This document shows positions 17,662-26,427 of a stretch of 64,000 nucleotides of DNA, in pieces; positions within the stretch are counted from its first letter, which is position 1; each line of letters begins with the position of its first letter. The notes beneath the pieces were generated by a model. It searched no databases, was not told the DNA's origin, and was given only the letters and a program-made list of their open reading frames with translations. Made by a program: the position numbers and the translations under genes. The DNA is from Trueperaceae bacterium (GTDB taxonomy: Bacteria; Deinococcota; Deinococci; Deinococcales; Trueperaceae): positions 59,375-123,374 of the forward strand of contig JBBDRK010000036.1 of the NCBI GenBank assembly GCA_040905465.1, given 5' to 3'.

Positions 17662-18639
17662 TCATCGGGCACGCCTCGGCGCTGAAGCCTGAGTCGGTCG
17701 GGCCGGGCGCTCCTTCAGCGCCTGCTCGACCTCGACCAACGTGGGTATGGCGGAGCGCCCCACCCCGGTGCACGACAGTGCCGCGCAGACGAGCGCCAGC
17801 TCGGCGCAGCGCTCCGGTCCCCAACCCGACGCCATCCCGAACGCGTAGGCGCCGTGGAACACGTCACCGGCGCCGGTAGTGTCGACCGCCTCGACCTCGT
17901 GGGCGGGAAGGTAGTGCACTCCGGCGCCGGCGTCGTAAAGATACCCTTCCGTGCCCAGCGTCACTCCCACGTACTGACCAGGCCGCCAGCGCATTGCGGC
18001 CAGGGCGGACTCGGGATCGGACCGGCCCAGCACCTCGCGCGCGCACTCTTCCGAGGCGATGACCACGTCCAGCCCCTCGCTTTCCTCCCAGTAGCGGGCG
18101 GTTCCCAAGTCGCCGATGCTCGGTACGCCTCGTGCGGCGGCCCAGTCGAGGGCCGCCCGGCACAGGTTCGGATGCCGGAAATCGACCAATAGCGCGCCCG
18201 GCGGCGGCGAAGTCACGGACGCCGGCGGCCGGTCGTCGAGGCCGGAACCGCGATAGGGAAAGATGTAGCGCTCGCCGTCGGGGGCCACCAGCACTCCGCT
18301 GACCCAGGAGACCGCTCCGGGCGTCACCCGTACGCCGCTGGTGTCCACTCCCAGCCGCTCGAGCTCCGCCAGCGCGAACCGTCCGGCCGGGTCGTCTCCG
18401 TGCAACGCCCACAGGTGCGGGCGTCCCCCCAGCCTGGCGACAGTCACGGCCGCCGTGGCAGCCGGACCGCCACCCTGCAAGCGATATCCGCTCGCGTCGG
18501 TCCGCGATCCCGCCGGCGGAAATCTCTCCACCTGCCAGATGTGATCCACACAGGAGAGTCCGGCGCAGAGCACGACCGGGGAGGCGGCTTCGGGCACAAT
18601 CGCGTTTCGCTCAGCGGGAGTATCCACCGTTGCCGCCAC
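17662..18639 (-). CDS. PfkB family sugar kinase, sulfofructose kinase YihV-like
   Basis: GGGPAATAAVTVARLG, DGER, LVDFRH, VDTTGAGDVFHGA. Start uncertain (GTG at 18639, 18627 or 18597). Confidence 0.88.
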   Translation of the reverse strand: MAATVDTPAERNAIVPEAASPVVLCAGLSCVDHIWQVERFPPAGSRTDASGYRLQGGGPAATAAVTVARLGGRPHLWALHGDDPAGRFALAELERLGVDTSGVRVTPGAVSWVSGVLVAPDGERYIFPYRGSGLDDRPPASVTSPPPGALLVDFRHPNLCRAALDWAAARGVPSIGDLGTARYWEESEGLDVVIASEECAREVLGRSDPESALAAMRWRPGQYVGVTLGTEGYLYDAGAGVHYLPAHEVEAVDTTGAGDVFHGAYAFGMASGWGPERCAELALVCAALSCTGVGRSAIPTLVEVEQALKERPARPTQASAPRRAR

Positions 18640-18836
18640 GATACCAGTGCCGCGGCCCGAAACCCTTGCCCGCCCACCGGCGGCGTGCTAGTTTCATGCC
18701 ATCGACAATCGAAATGGCCCGTACTCGCCGAGACGCGGGTGCGGATCGCCATCTGCGCTCAAGTAGCCGCCGGCAACACACCGGCCTTCAGCGACCGCCC
18801 CACAGGATCGCGTGGCCGGCACGAGAAGGAGGAACG

Positions 18837-20096
18837 ATGAGACGACGACAGTTCACCATTGTGGCGATGCTGATCCTCGTGCTGTTGGTCCCGCTGGCGT
18901 CGGCCCAAGCGCTCCGGGTTTTCATCGGCTCGACGCTGAGGCCCGACGTGATCGGTCCCATCCTCGAACAGTTCACTGCCGAGACCGGCATCGACACCGA
19001 ACTCGAACTGGGCGGAGCGACGACCGACGTTCGCCAGCAATACCTCTCAACTGTGCTCACCAGCCGCAGTGGAGAGATAGACGTGTTCCTGTTCGACGTG
19101 ATCGATCCGCCCCAGTACGCCGCCACGGGCTGGGCCGAGCCGCTCAACGATTACTTCGATGGCGAGGCGGAGATGCGGGAGTTTCTCGACCCGTACCTCG
19201 ACGGCACCGTGCAGGCGAACCTGGTCGACGGCACGCTCTACGGCATCCCTGCCTGGACCGACGCCCAGTTCCTCTACTACCGGACCGACCTGCTGGAGAA
19301 GTACGGATTCGAGCCGCCGAGCACCTGGAGCGAGCTGAAGCAACAGGCGCTGGTCATCCAGGAGGGCGAAGGCGATCCGAACCTGCAGGGCTTCAACTAC
19401 CAGGGCGCGGCCATCGAGGGCGCCAACTGCACCTTCCTCGAGCCGCTGTGGAGCGCCGGCGGCGACTGGCGCGACAGCGACGGGAACATCACCGTCGACA
19501 GCCCGGAGGGGCGAATGGTGCTCGACTGGTATCAGGAGACCATGGACTCCGGCATCACTCCGAGCAACATCGCGGAAGTGGCCACAGACGACTCGCGCCA
19601 GCAGTTCCAGGCCGGCGACGTTGTGTACATGCTGAACTGGGGTTACGCCTGGGCGCACTTCCAGGGCGAGGAGAGCCCGGTCAGGGGCATGGTCGGGGTG
19701 GCGCCGTTGCCCGCCTTCGAGGGGGGCCAGTCGGCCACCTGCGTGGGCGGATTCCAGTGGGCAATGAACCCGTTCAGCGACAACAAGGCGGATGCGTTCG
19801 AGCTCATGAAGTACATGGCCAGTGAAGACAGCCAGCGCACCCTGGCGGTCGAAGCCAGCCACATCCCGGCGCGCGACAGCCTCTACGGCGACGACGCCGT
19901 ACTCGAGGCCGCGCCGCACTTCGAGCAGTTCCATGACGTCATCGTCAACGCCCGGCCGCGACCGCAGACCGAGTTCTACAGCGAGGTGAGCGAGCTGATT
20001 CGCACCACCATGAACGCCTTCCTGGCGCAGGCGATGGACGCCGACGAAGCGCTCGACACCATGCAGACGGGCCTCGAAGACATATTCGGACTCTGA
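18837..20096 (+). CDS. Sugar ABC transporter substrate-binding protein (family 1)
   Basis: Signal peptide, LYYRTDLLEKYG, PSTWSEL, FQAGD, ARPRP; AGGAGG RBS. Confidence 0.92.
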   Translation: MRRRQFTIVAMLILVLLVPLASAQALRVFIGSTLRPDVIGPILEQFTAETGIDTELELGGATTDVRQQYLSTVLTSRSGEIDVFLFDVIDPPQYAATGWAEPLNDYFDGEAEMREFLDPYLDGTVQANLVDGTLYGIPAWTDAQFLYYRTDLLEKYGFEPPSTWSELKQQALVIQEGEGDPNLQGFNYQGAAIEGANCTFLEPLWSAGGDWRDSDGNITVDSPEGRMVLDWYQETMDSGITPSNIAEVATDDSRQQFQAGDVVYMLNWGYAWAHFQGEESPVRGMVGVAPLPAFEGGQSATCVGGFQWAMNPFSDNKADAFELMKYMASEDSQRTLAVEASHIPARDSLYGDDAVLEAAPHFEQFHDVIVNARPRPQTEFYSEVSELIRTTMNAFLAQAMDADEALDTMQTGLEDIFGL

Positions 20097-20112
20097 GGGC
20101 AGCACCCGGAGT

Positions 20113-20137
20113 CGGGGGCGCGGCTTCCGCGCCCCCG
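20113..20137 (+). terminator. GC-rich hairpin after the sugar SBP gene
   Basis: CGGGGGCGCGG-CTT-CCGCGCCCCCG. Confidence 0.6.
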
Positions 20138-20142
20138 TTCTG

Positions 20143-21243
20143 ATGGCGGCTACGTCGGCACCCTACCGCCGGCCCGGCCCCTTGCAGCGGTTGCTGCGTG
20201 GCAACCCGAGCGAGACTCAACTCGCCTGGCTGCTGCTGTTGCCGGCACTGCTGACCCTGGCAGTGGTGATGCTCTACCCGGTACTCAACGTAGTCTGGCA
20301 ATCGCTCCACTTCGAACGGCTGAACCTGCCACAACGAGGCACGCCGTTCATCGGGCTGGAAAACTTCCGCGACATGCTGTGGGGCCGGAGCATGACCTGG
20401 GGCCCCGGTCACCTGTGGGGCTGGCGGATCGCCGGACTGGCGGCGCTTGCTCCGGTCTGGTGGGCGCTGCCTTGGCGCCGGGCGCTGCCGTGGACGGTGC
20501 TGATCCTCCTGGTGTTCGCCCTCCTGCTCGGCTTCCACCCCGGCGAGGACGGCCGCTGGAACGACCGGCGTTTCTGGGGCTCCTTTCGGATCACCATGCT
20601 GATAATTATGGTCAGCGTGATCGGCTCGTTCCTGGTGGGCCTGCCGCTGGCGCTGCTGGCTAACGTGTCGTCGCGCTGGCGCTGGCTGGTTCGGGTGGCG
20701 CTGCTCCTGCCCTGGGCGATGCCGCGGGTGTTCGCCGGGCTCACCTTCGCCTGGCTGTTCCAGAGCCGCTACGGGGTGGTAAACGACCTGATCGGCCAGA
20801 TCGGCCTGACCGGGCCCCTGTGGCTCGCCCGGGTGACCCCGGCGGTGATCGCCGTCAACCTGGCGATAGTCTGGAAGACCTCCTCGTTCGTGGGCCTGAT
20901 CCTCCTGGCCGGCCTGCAGTCGATCGACCGCAGCCTCTACGAAGCCGCCACCGTCGACGGCGCCAACGCCTGGCAGCGCTTCTGGCGCATAACTCTGCCG
21001 CTTTTGCGGCCGGCCATCGCAGTGGCCCTGATCTTCCGGACGCTGACCGCGGTGCAGACCTTCGACATTCCCTACGCCATGACCCGAGGCGGGCCCGGCA
21101 GGTCGCTGGAAACCCTCGGAATCTACATCTACAACAGCACGCTGGCGCTCAATATCGGCTACGCCGCGGCCCTCTCGGTGGTCTTGTTCCTGCTCAGCCT
21201 CTCGATCACCGTCATCTATCTCCGCTGGCTCTACCGCGAATGA
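20143..21243 (+). CDS. Sugar ABC permease (MalF type) with an extra Trp-rich hydrophobic insert
   Basis: FIGLENF, LAGLQSIDRSLYEAATVDGA, ITLPLLRP, MTRGGPG. Confidence 0.92.
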   Translation: MAATSAPYRRPGPLQRLLRGNPSETQLAWLLLLPALLTLAVVMLYPVLNVVWQSLHFERLNLPQRGTPFIGLENFRDMLWGRSMTWGPGHLWGWRIAGLAALAPVWWALPWRRALPWTVLILLVFALLLGFHPGEDGRWNDRRFWGSFRITMLIIMVSVIGSFLVGLPLALLANVSSRWRWLVRVALLLPWAMPRVFAGLTFAWLFQSRYGVVNDLIGQIGLTGPLWLARVTPAVIAVNLAIVWKTSSFVGLILLAGLQSIDRSLYEAATVDGANAWQRFWRITLPLLRPAIAVALIFRTLTAVQTFDIPYAMTRGGPGRSLETLGIYIYNSTLALNIGYAAALSVVLFLLSLSITVIYLRWLYRE

Positions 21244-22106
21244 ACCGCCCTCCGTCCCGCTTCGCCCGGCTTCTCCTCGGATTCGGCCTGCTGCTGGTGA
21301 TCGTAAACGGGCTGTTCCCGCCGTTGTGGCTCATCCTCACCTCGTTCAAGCGCGAGAACGAGCTTACCCGGCTGCCGATAACCTACTGGCCCGCCGACCC
21401 GACCCTTGCCAACTACGCAGCGGTTTTCACCGAGAACCCCTTCGGGCGGTTCATGCTCAACTCGGCAGTGGTCTCGGTTGCGGCCACGCTCGTCTGCGTG
21501 CTGTTCGCGGCGCTTGCGGGCTATGCGCTGGCGCGGCTGCGCCTGCCGGGACGGCGGGGCATCCTCACCGGGATAGTGGTGACCAGCATGTTTCCGGCCC
21601 TGGTGCTGCTGGTTCCGCTCTACCGGATGTTCGTGGGTTTCGAGATTCTGGGCCTGGGCTGGTTTACGCCCAACCTGCTCAACAGCTACTGGGCGCTGAT
21701 CATCCCCTACGTCGCGCTGTCTTTGCCCATCGCCACACTGATCCTCACCAGCTTCTTCCAACTTATTCCCGACGAGCTGGAGAACGCCGCGGTAGTCGAC
21801 GGTTGCAGCCGGCTGGGCGCCCTTTTTCGGGTAGTGGCGCCACTCTCCGCACCGGGCGTGGTTACGGCGGCCATCATCGTCTTCGTGAACTCCTGGAACG
21901 AGTTCCTGCTGGCGCTCACCTTCAACAGCGCACTGAGCATGCGGACCGTCCCGGTCGGCATCACCCTCTACCAGGGCGAGTACTCTTTTCCCTGGGCGGT
22001 CATCAGCGCCGCCGTGACGCTGGGCATCCTGCCGCTGGTGGTGCTGATCATCTTCTTCCAGCAGCGGATCATCAGCGGGCTGACCGCCGGCGGGGTGAAG
22101 GGGTAG
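21240..22106 (+). CDS. Sugar ABC permease (MalG type)
   Basis: PTLANY, AGYALARL, IPDELENAAVVDG, WNEFLLAL, FQQRIISGLTAGGVKG. Confidence 0.93.
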   Translation: MNRPPSRFARLLLGFGLLLVIVNGLFPPLWLILTSFKRENELTRLPITYWPADPTLANYAAVFTENPFGRFMLNSAVVSVAATLVCVLFAALAGYALARLRLPGRRGILTGIVVTSMFPALVLLVPLYRMFVGFEILGLGWFTPNLLNSYWALIIPYVALSLPIATLILTSFFQLIPDELENAAVVDGCSRLGALFRVVAPLSAPGVVTAAIIVFVNSWNEFLLALTFNSALSMRTVPVGITLYQGEYSFPWAVISAAVTLGILPLVVLIIFFQQRIISGLTAGGVKG

Positions 22107-22185
22107 CGGTTCCGATGCGACCCCGCTCCATTGTTGTTGCTCGAGGCGGACACAGCCCTGCCGAACATGATACCATCGACTCGCC

Positions 22186-22758
22186 ATGACTGATACCATC
22201 AGCGGTGGCGTTAGCCCCTCCGGCCGCTTCATGTTGAGGATCGCCCCGAGCCTGCACGCCAGCTTGCGCAAGGCTGCCCAGCAGGCTGGACTTTCACTCA
22301 ACGACCTTTGCGCTCGCAGACTGGCGGCGCCCATAACCGACGCCGGCGGTCCGGGCGCGGCCATCGCCGCCCGCGCGGCCGGTCAGTTCGGCGATTCGCT
22401 ATGCGGGGTAATCGCCCACGGTTCCTGGGCGCGGGACGAGCTCGCCAGCGACTCCGATGTCGACGTGCTGATCGTGGTGGACGACGAGGTGCGGATAACC
22501 CGCGATCTCTACCGAGCATGGGACGACCGGACCCTCACCTGGCACTCCCGTGACGTAGACGTTCACTTCGCGCACTCGCCGGGCAGCGGCGAGCAGCCTG
22601 GAGGGATATGGCTAGAGGTCGCGATCGACGGAGTCGTACTGTTCGACCGCGACCTGCGCCTGTCCCGTACGCTTGCCGAAATCCGGTCGCTGGTAGCCGC
22701 CGGCAGAATAGCCAGGCACCGCGCCCACGGTCAGTCGTACTGGGTGGAGGCCCGCTGA
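22186..22758 (+). CDS. Minimal nucleotidyltransferase (MNT) antitoxin with an N-terminal HicB-like RHH domain
   Basis: SGRFMLRIAPSLHASL...GLSLNDLC, then HGSWARD...SDSDVDVLIV. Confidence 0.8.
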   Translation: MTDTISGGVSPSGRFMLRIAPSLHASLRKAAQQAGLSLNDLCARRLAAPITDAGGPGAAIAARAAGQFGDSLCGVIAHGSWARDELASDSDVDVLIVVDDEVRITRDLYRAWDDRTLTWHSRDVDVHFAHSPGSGEQPGGIWLEVAIDGVVLFDRDLRLSRTLAEIRSLVAAGRIARHRAHGQSYWVEAR

Positions 22759-22760
22759 CG

Positions 22761-23180
22761 ATGCGCAACCCCGACCTGGCTCGTGACCACCTGCGACGCG
22801 CCGAAGCGAGACTACGCGCCCTCGACGTCCTTTACGAGGCCGAAAGCTGGGCCGACGTAGTACGCGAGTCCCAGGAGATCGTCGAACTCACGCTCAAGGC
22901 CCTGCTCAGGGCTTCGCTCATCGAACCTCCGCGAGTCCACGACGTTTCCGACGTGCTCCGCGCCCATCGCGACAAGCTGCCGCATGCGCTCGCACACCAG
23001 ATAGAAGCCCTGGCCGCGATCTCTCGTGACCTGCGCCGCGACCGGGAGCTCGCTTTCTGTGGGGCAGAGGACCTTACCCCCTCAGACTTCTATTCCCGCG
23101 AAGACGCCGAGAGCGCACGCGCCGGTGCCCGCAAGACCGTCGAGCTGGTAGCGCCTCATGTGGCGGGAGGTCCGGCGTAG
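22761..23180 (+). CDS. HEPN domain protein (partner of the MNT)
   Basis: WADVVRESQEIVELTLKALLR, PPRVHDV, RRDRELAF, YSREDA; GGAGG RBS. Confidence 0.82.
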   Translation: MRNPDLARDHLRRAEARLRALDVLYEAESWADVVRESQEIVELTLKALLRASLIEPPRVHDVSDVLRAHRDKLPHALAHQIEALAAISRDLRRDRELAFCGAEDLTPSDFYSREDAESARAGARKTVELVAPHVAGGPA

Positions 23181-23289
23181 GCGGTAAAGCCATCGGCCAG
23201 GGAGGTGGTTGGCTTGGGAGGACCCGAAACGAAACCTTCGGTTCTCTCGCAAAGTCCCGCCGGCAATGAGGCGCACGGTAGTCTGAGGC

Positions 23290-24714
23290 ATGTCGGTACG
23301 CATCGGATTCGTGGCGGTAATACGTCCGCTGTTCAAGGGGCACTCCCCGGATGCGGCCGAGCGAAGCCGCCAAGGGCTCCTCCGGCTCGGTAGGGAGCTC
23401 GGCTTCGAGCTGATGACGCCGGCCCTGGCCCAGGACGTGACCCACATTGCGACGGGAACTCCGTTGCCGGCCTTCGCGATCCACGACCAGGAGAGCGCTG
23501 AGCATGCGGCCGCACGATTGAACGATGCCGACCTAGACCTGCTGCTGGTCCAGCACACTACCTTCGCCACCGGCGAGCTGCTGGCGCCGCTTCTGCGGCT
23601 GCCGCTGCCGCTGGCTTTGTGGGCGCTGCCCGAAGCGGCGGGCGGACGTGGAGAGCAGGGTCCGCTGCCACTCAACTCGCTTTGTGGCGTGAACATGACC
23701 GTGAGCTTCTCCGGCCGCGAGCCGGTGGGCCGCGAACTGCCGGTCAAGTGGCTGTACGGCGAGGCCGACTCCTCGTGGTTTCGTAGTCGCCTGCAACCGA
23801 CGCTGGTGGCGTTGCGCGCGCTACGGGCGCTGCGGGGCGCCAGCGTGCTGCAGATCGGCGGCACGGCACCTCACTTCTACGGCCTGGAAGAGGATCCGGT
23901 CGTCGCCGATGTGCGCGTGGAACGAATGGCGCTGGCCGAGCTGTTCGACGAAGTGGCGCGCGTGCCGGCAGCCGACGCCGCGGCCCTGGCACGGGACTGG
24001 CGCGAGCGCGAAGCCGTGGCGGTCGATCAGGAGCAACTCGAGCGCGCGGCGGCACTCGAGCTGGCGTTAGGCGAGCTGGTAGCCGGCAATGGCCACGCAG
24101 CGGTAGCCCTGCGCTGCTGGCCGGAGCTTCCGGACCGCTGCGCAACTATGGCCTGTTCGACTCTGGCGCGTCTCGGTGACGGGCGCGTGGCGGCAGCCTG
24201 CGAAGGGGACGTGATGGGAGCGGTCTCGATGCTCGCCCTGCAGGGAGCGACCGGCGACGGGGCGCTGTTGCTCGACCTTTCCGACCTCGACGACGAGCGC
24301 GGCGTTCTCTTCTGGCATTGCGGGAACAGCCCGCTCAGCTGGGCCGGCGAGTCAGGCGCCCTTCTGGCGACACACTTCAACCGCGACGGCGTCGGTACCG
24401 TGCGCGACATGGTGATCAGGCCGGGACCGGCGACCGGTTTCCGGCTGCTGGACGGCGGCAGGCGAGCCCTGCTGTTCGGCGGCAGCTTCACCGGGGAGGT
24501 CATCGGCTTCGACGGCGTGCGCGGCTGGCTGCGCGACATCAGTTGGGACGGCAGGGCGCTGACACCGCGGCGGTTCCTCGGCAACGTGCTGGACCAGCGA
24601 GTACCGCACCATTTCGCGTTCGGCAGCGGCGACGTGAGCGAGGGCCTGCGGGAGCTGTGCGGCTGGCTCGGCAGCGCGCCGCTGCCGGCGGGGCCGGAGC
24701 GCAACACGCTCTGA
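23290..24714 (+). CDS. L-fucose/L-arabinose isomerase family sugar isomerase (SqvD-like candidate)
   Basis: QHTTFATGE, LWALPE, LNSLCG, ALRCWPE, AACEGD, FWHCG, PHH; TAGTCT 5 nt before the ATG. Confidence 0.82.
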   Translation: MSVRIGFVAVIRPLFKGHSPDAAERSRQGLLRLGRELGFELMTPALAQDVTHIATGTPLPAFAIHDQESAEHAAARLNDADLDLLLVQHTTFATGELLAPLLRLPLPLALWALPEAAGGRGEQGPLPLNSLCGVNMTVSFSGREPVGRELPVKWLYGEADSSWFRSRLQPTLVALRALRALRGASVLQIGGTAPHFYGLEEDPVVADVRVERMALAELFDEVARVPAADAAALARDWREREAVAVDQEQLERAAALELALGELVAGNGHAAVALRCWPELPDRCATMACSTLARLGDGRVAAACEGDVMGAVSMLALQGATGDGALLLDLSDLDDERGVLFWHCGNSPLSWAGESGALLATHFNRDGVGTVRDMVIRPGPATGFRLLDGGRRALLFGGSFTGEVIGFDGVRGWLRDISWDGRALTPRRFLGNVLDQRVPHHFAFGSGDVSEGLRELCGWLGSAPLPAGPERNTL

Positions 24715-24730
24715 CCCGCCGCACGAAGCT

Positions 24731-26227
24731 CTAAACAGCGCCTGCGTCCGGCTGCCGCTGGTCGTTCTCGACCCGCCGCCGCAGCGCCAGCGTGCCCCCG
24801 CGGAACGAATAGGCCTCGTAACCCAACTGTTGCAGCACCTCGGCGGCGTGAGCGCTTTGCATGCCGTGGGCGCAGTACAGGACGTAGCTTCGCCCCTTGT
24901 CGAGACTGCGAGGAGACCGCACCAGTTCGGCCGGGTCGCGGTGCAGCGAGCCGGGCAGGTGCCAGGCGCGGCGGTGGTGCTCGCTCTGGCAATCGAGCAC
25001 CACGGCGGCGTCCGGAATCGAGTCGACGAACAGGTAGGGCAGCATCAGGTCGGACGGCTCCAGGGCACGTAGCTTGAGCTCCCGTGCCCTGTCCACGGCG
25101 CGGGTCGCCAACTGCCCATCGAGCCGGCTCTCCTGCCGGTCCACTACGTCCGGATCGGCTGCGACCACCGGTCGACCGGAGGCGATGGCGCAATACTCGT
25201 GCACGCGAGCCGACAGCACCTCGGTGCCCACCAGCTCCGCCTGCTTCATGATCTCGCGCTTGTCCACTCCCACCAGTGGTCGGAGCACGGGCAGTCCGGA
25301 GGCGCCCTCGATCACTCGCAGGTTCGTGAGCGTCTGCGACGACACCTGGCCTATCGACTCGCCGGTTACCAGCGCCTCGCACGCCAGCCGCCCGGCCAGC
25401 TGCGACGCGGCTCGGTACATGAGGCGCTTGAGCAGAACCTGCCAGTAGTCCTCGCGAGCGTTGGCGCGCAGGTCGTCCAGCGCGGGAGCGAAGTCGACGA
25501 CGTAAAGGCTCGGCCGCGCCCCGTGACACCACCTGTCTGCGAGGAGCTTCACGACCTGGGCAACCATCCGCTCGTATGCTGCGCCACCGAGGTTGAACAA
25601 CACGAATTCCAGCTCCACCCCGCGCCTTAGCACCTGCCACGACGCCACCGCCGAATCGTAGCCCCCAGAGATCAGGGCCAGCGCCCGCGATTCGGTGCCC
25701 GCCGGCAGGCCACCCGGCCCCGGCAGCCGAGCCTCGAACAGGTACGCCCGGTCGTTTAACACCTCCACCCGCACCTCGAACTCCGGGGTGTCGAGATCGA
25801 CCGGCCCATAACGGACGAGCGCGGCGCCGAGCTCCCTGGCCACGTCCATCGAGGAGAAGGCGTGCTGGCCAAGCCGTTTGGCCCGCACCGCGAAGCTGCG
25901 TCCCGCGATCAGATGGGCGAAGGCGGCGTGACCGGCCTCGGCTATCGCAGCGGGATCGGCGGTGCAGGTGGCGCGCACCGGCGAATACGTGCCGACCCCG
26001 AAGACCCGGCCGAGGGCTTCCTCTGCGACCTCCAGCGGTCCCTCCTCGATATACACGAAGAGCCTGCTGGGCCTGCGGCGCACCCGGCACCGCAAGCCGT
26101 TGCGCTGAAGCGCGTCCTGAACCGAACTCCGCAACGCTCTCATGAAGCGCTCCCGAGTGCGCTTAGACTTCAGCGTCACCTCGGCGGCGGGCCGGACGAC
26201 TATCAGGCGCTCAAACAGATCGGCCAT
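24731..26227 (-). CDS. thiI: tRNA 4-thiouridine synthase ThiI (THUMP + PP-loop + rhodanese)
   Basis: EVTLKS, RVFGV, GPGGLP, LISGGYDSAVA, TGESIGQVSSQTLTNL, RPLV, EYC, rhodanese LYCAHG. Confidence 0.95.
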   Translation of the reverse strand: MADLFERLIVVRPAAEVTLKSKRTRERFMRALRSSVQDALQRNGLRCRVRRRPSRLFVYIEEGPLEVAEEALGRVFGVGTYSPVRATCTADPAAIAEAGHAAFAHLIAGRSFAVRAKRLGQHAFSSMDVARELGAALVRYGPVDLDTPEFEVRVEVLNDRAYLFEARLPGPGGLPAGTESRALALISGGYDSAVASWQVLRRGVELEFVLFNLGGAAYERMVAQVVKLLADRWCHGARPSLYVVDFAPALDDLRANAREDYWQVLLKRLMYRAASQLAGRLACEALVTGESIGQVSSQTLTNLRVIEGASGLPVLRPLVGVDKREIMKQAELVGTEVLSARVHEYCAIASGRPVVAADPDVVDRQESRLDGQLATRAVDRARELKLRALEPSDLMLPYLFVDSIPDAAVVLDCQSEHHRRAWHLPGSLHRDPAELVRSPRSLDKGRSYVLYCAHGMQSAHAAEVLQQLGYEAYSFRGGTLALRRRVENDQRQPDAGAV

Positions 26228-26298
26228 CGCCTCACGATACGGCGTCGCGCACCGTCGCGCTGTCGGCCGCGTCCGAGGTCAGAGCGGTGAACTCACGG

Positions 26299-26427
26299 CG
26301 ACACTGTCAATGCGACATGTCAAGGCAACTCGGTAAAGGCGACTGGGTCAAGTCGACTGGGGTTACGGCGACTGGGTCACGACCACGACAGGGTCAAGCC
26401 GACTGGGTCAAGCCGACTGGGTCACGG
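26299..26427. repeat. Tandem array of about 9 copies of a ~14-bp unit (consensus CGACTGGGTCAAGN)
   Basis: cgacactgtcaatg / cgacatgtcaagg / caactcggtaaagg / cgactgggtcaagt / cgactggggttacgg / cgactgggtcacgac / ca / cgacagggtcaagc / cgactgggtcaagc / cgactgggtcacgg. Confidence 0.85.

Noticed and set aside
26299-26427. Possible CRISPR array
   Set aside because: Units are ~14 bp and contiguous with no unique spacers; no cas genes in the window.
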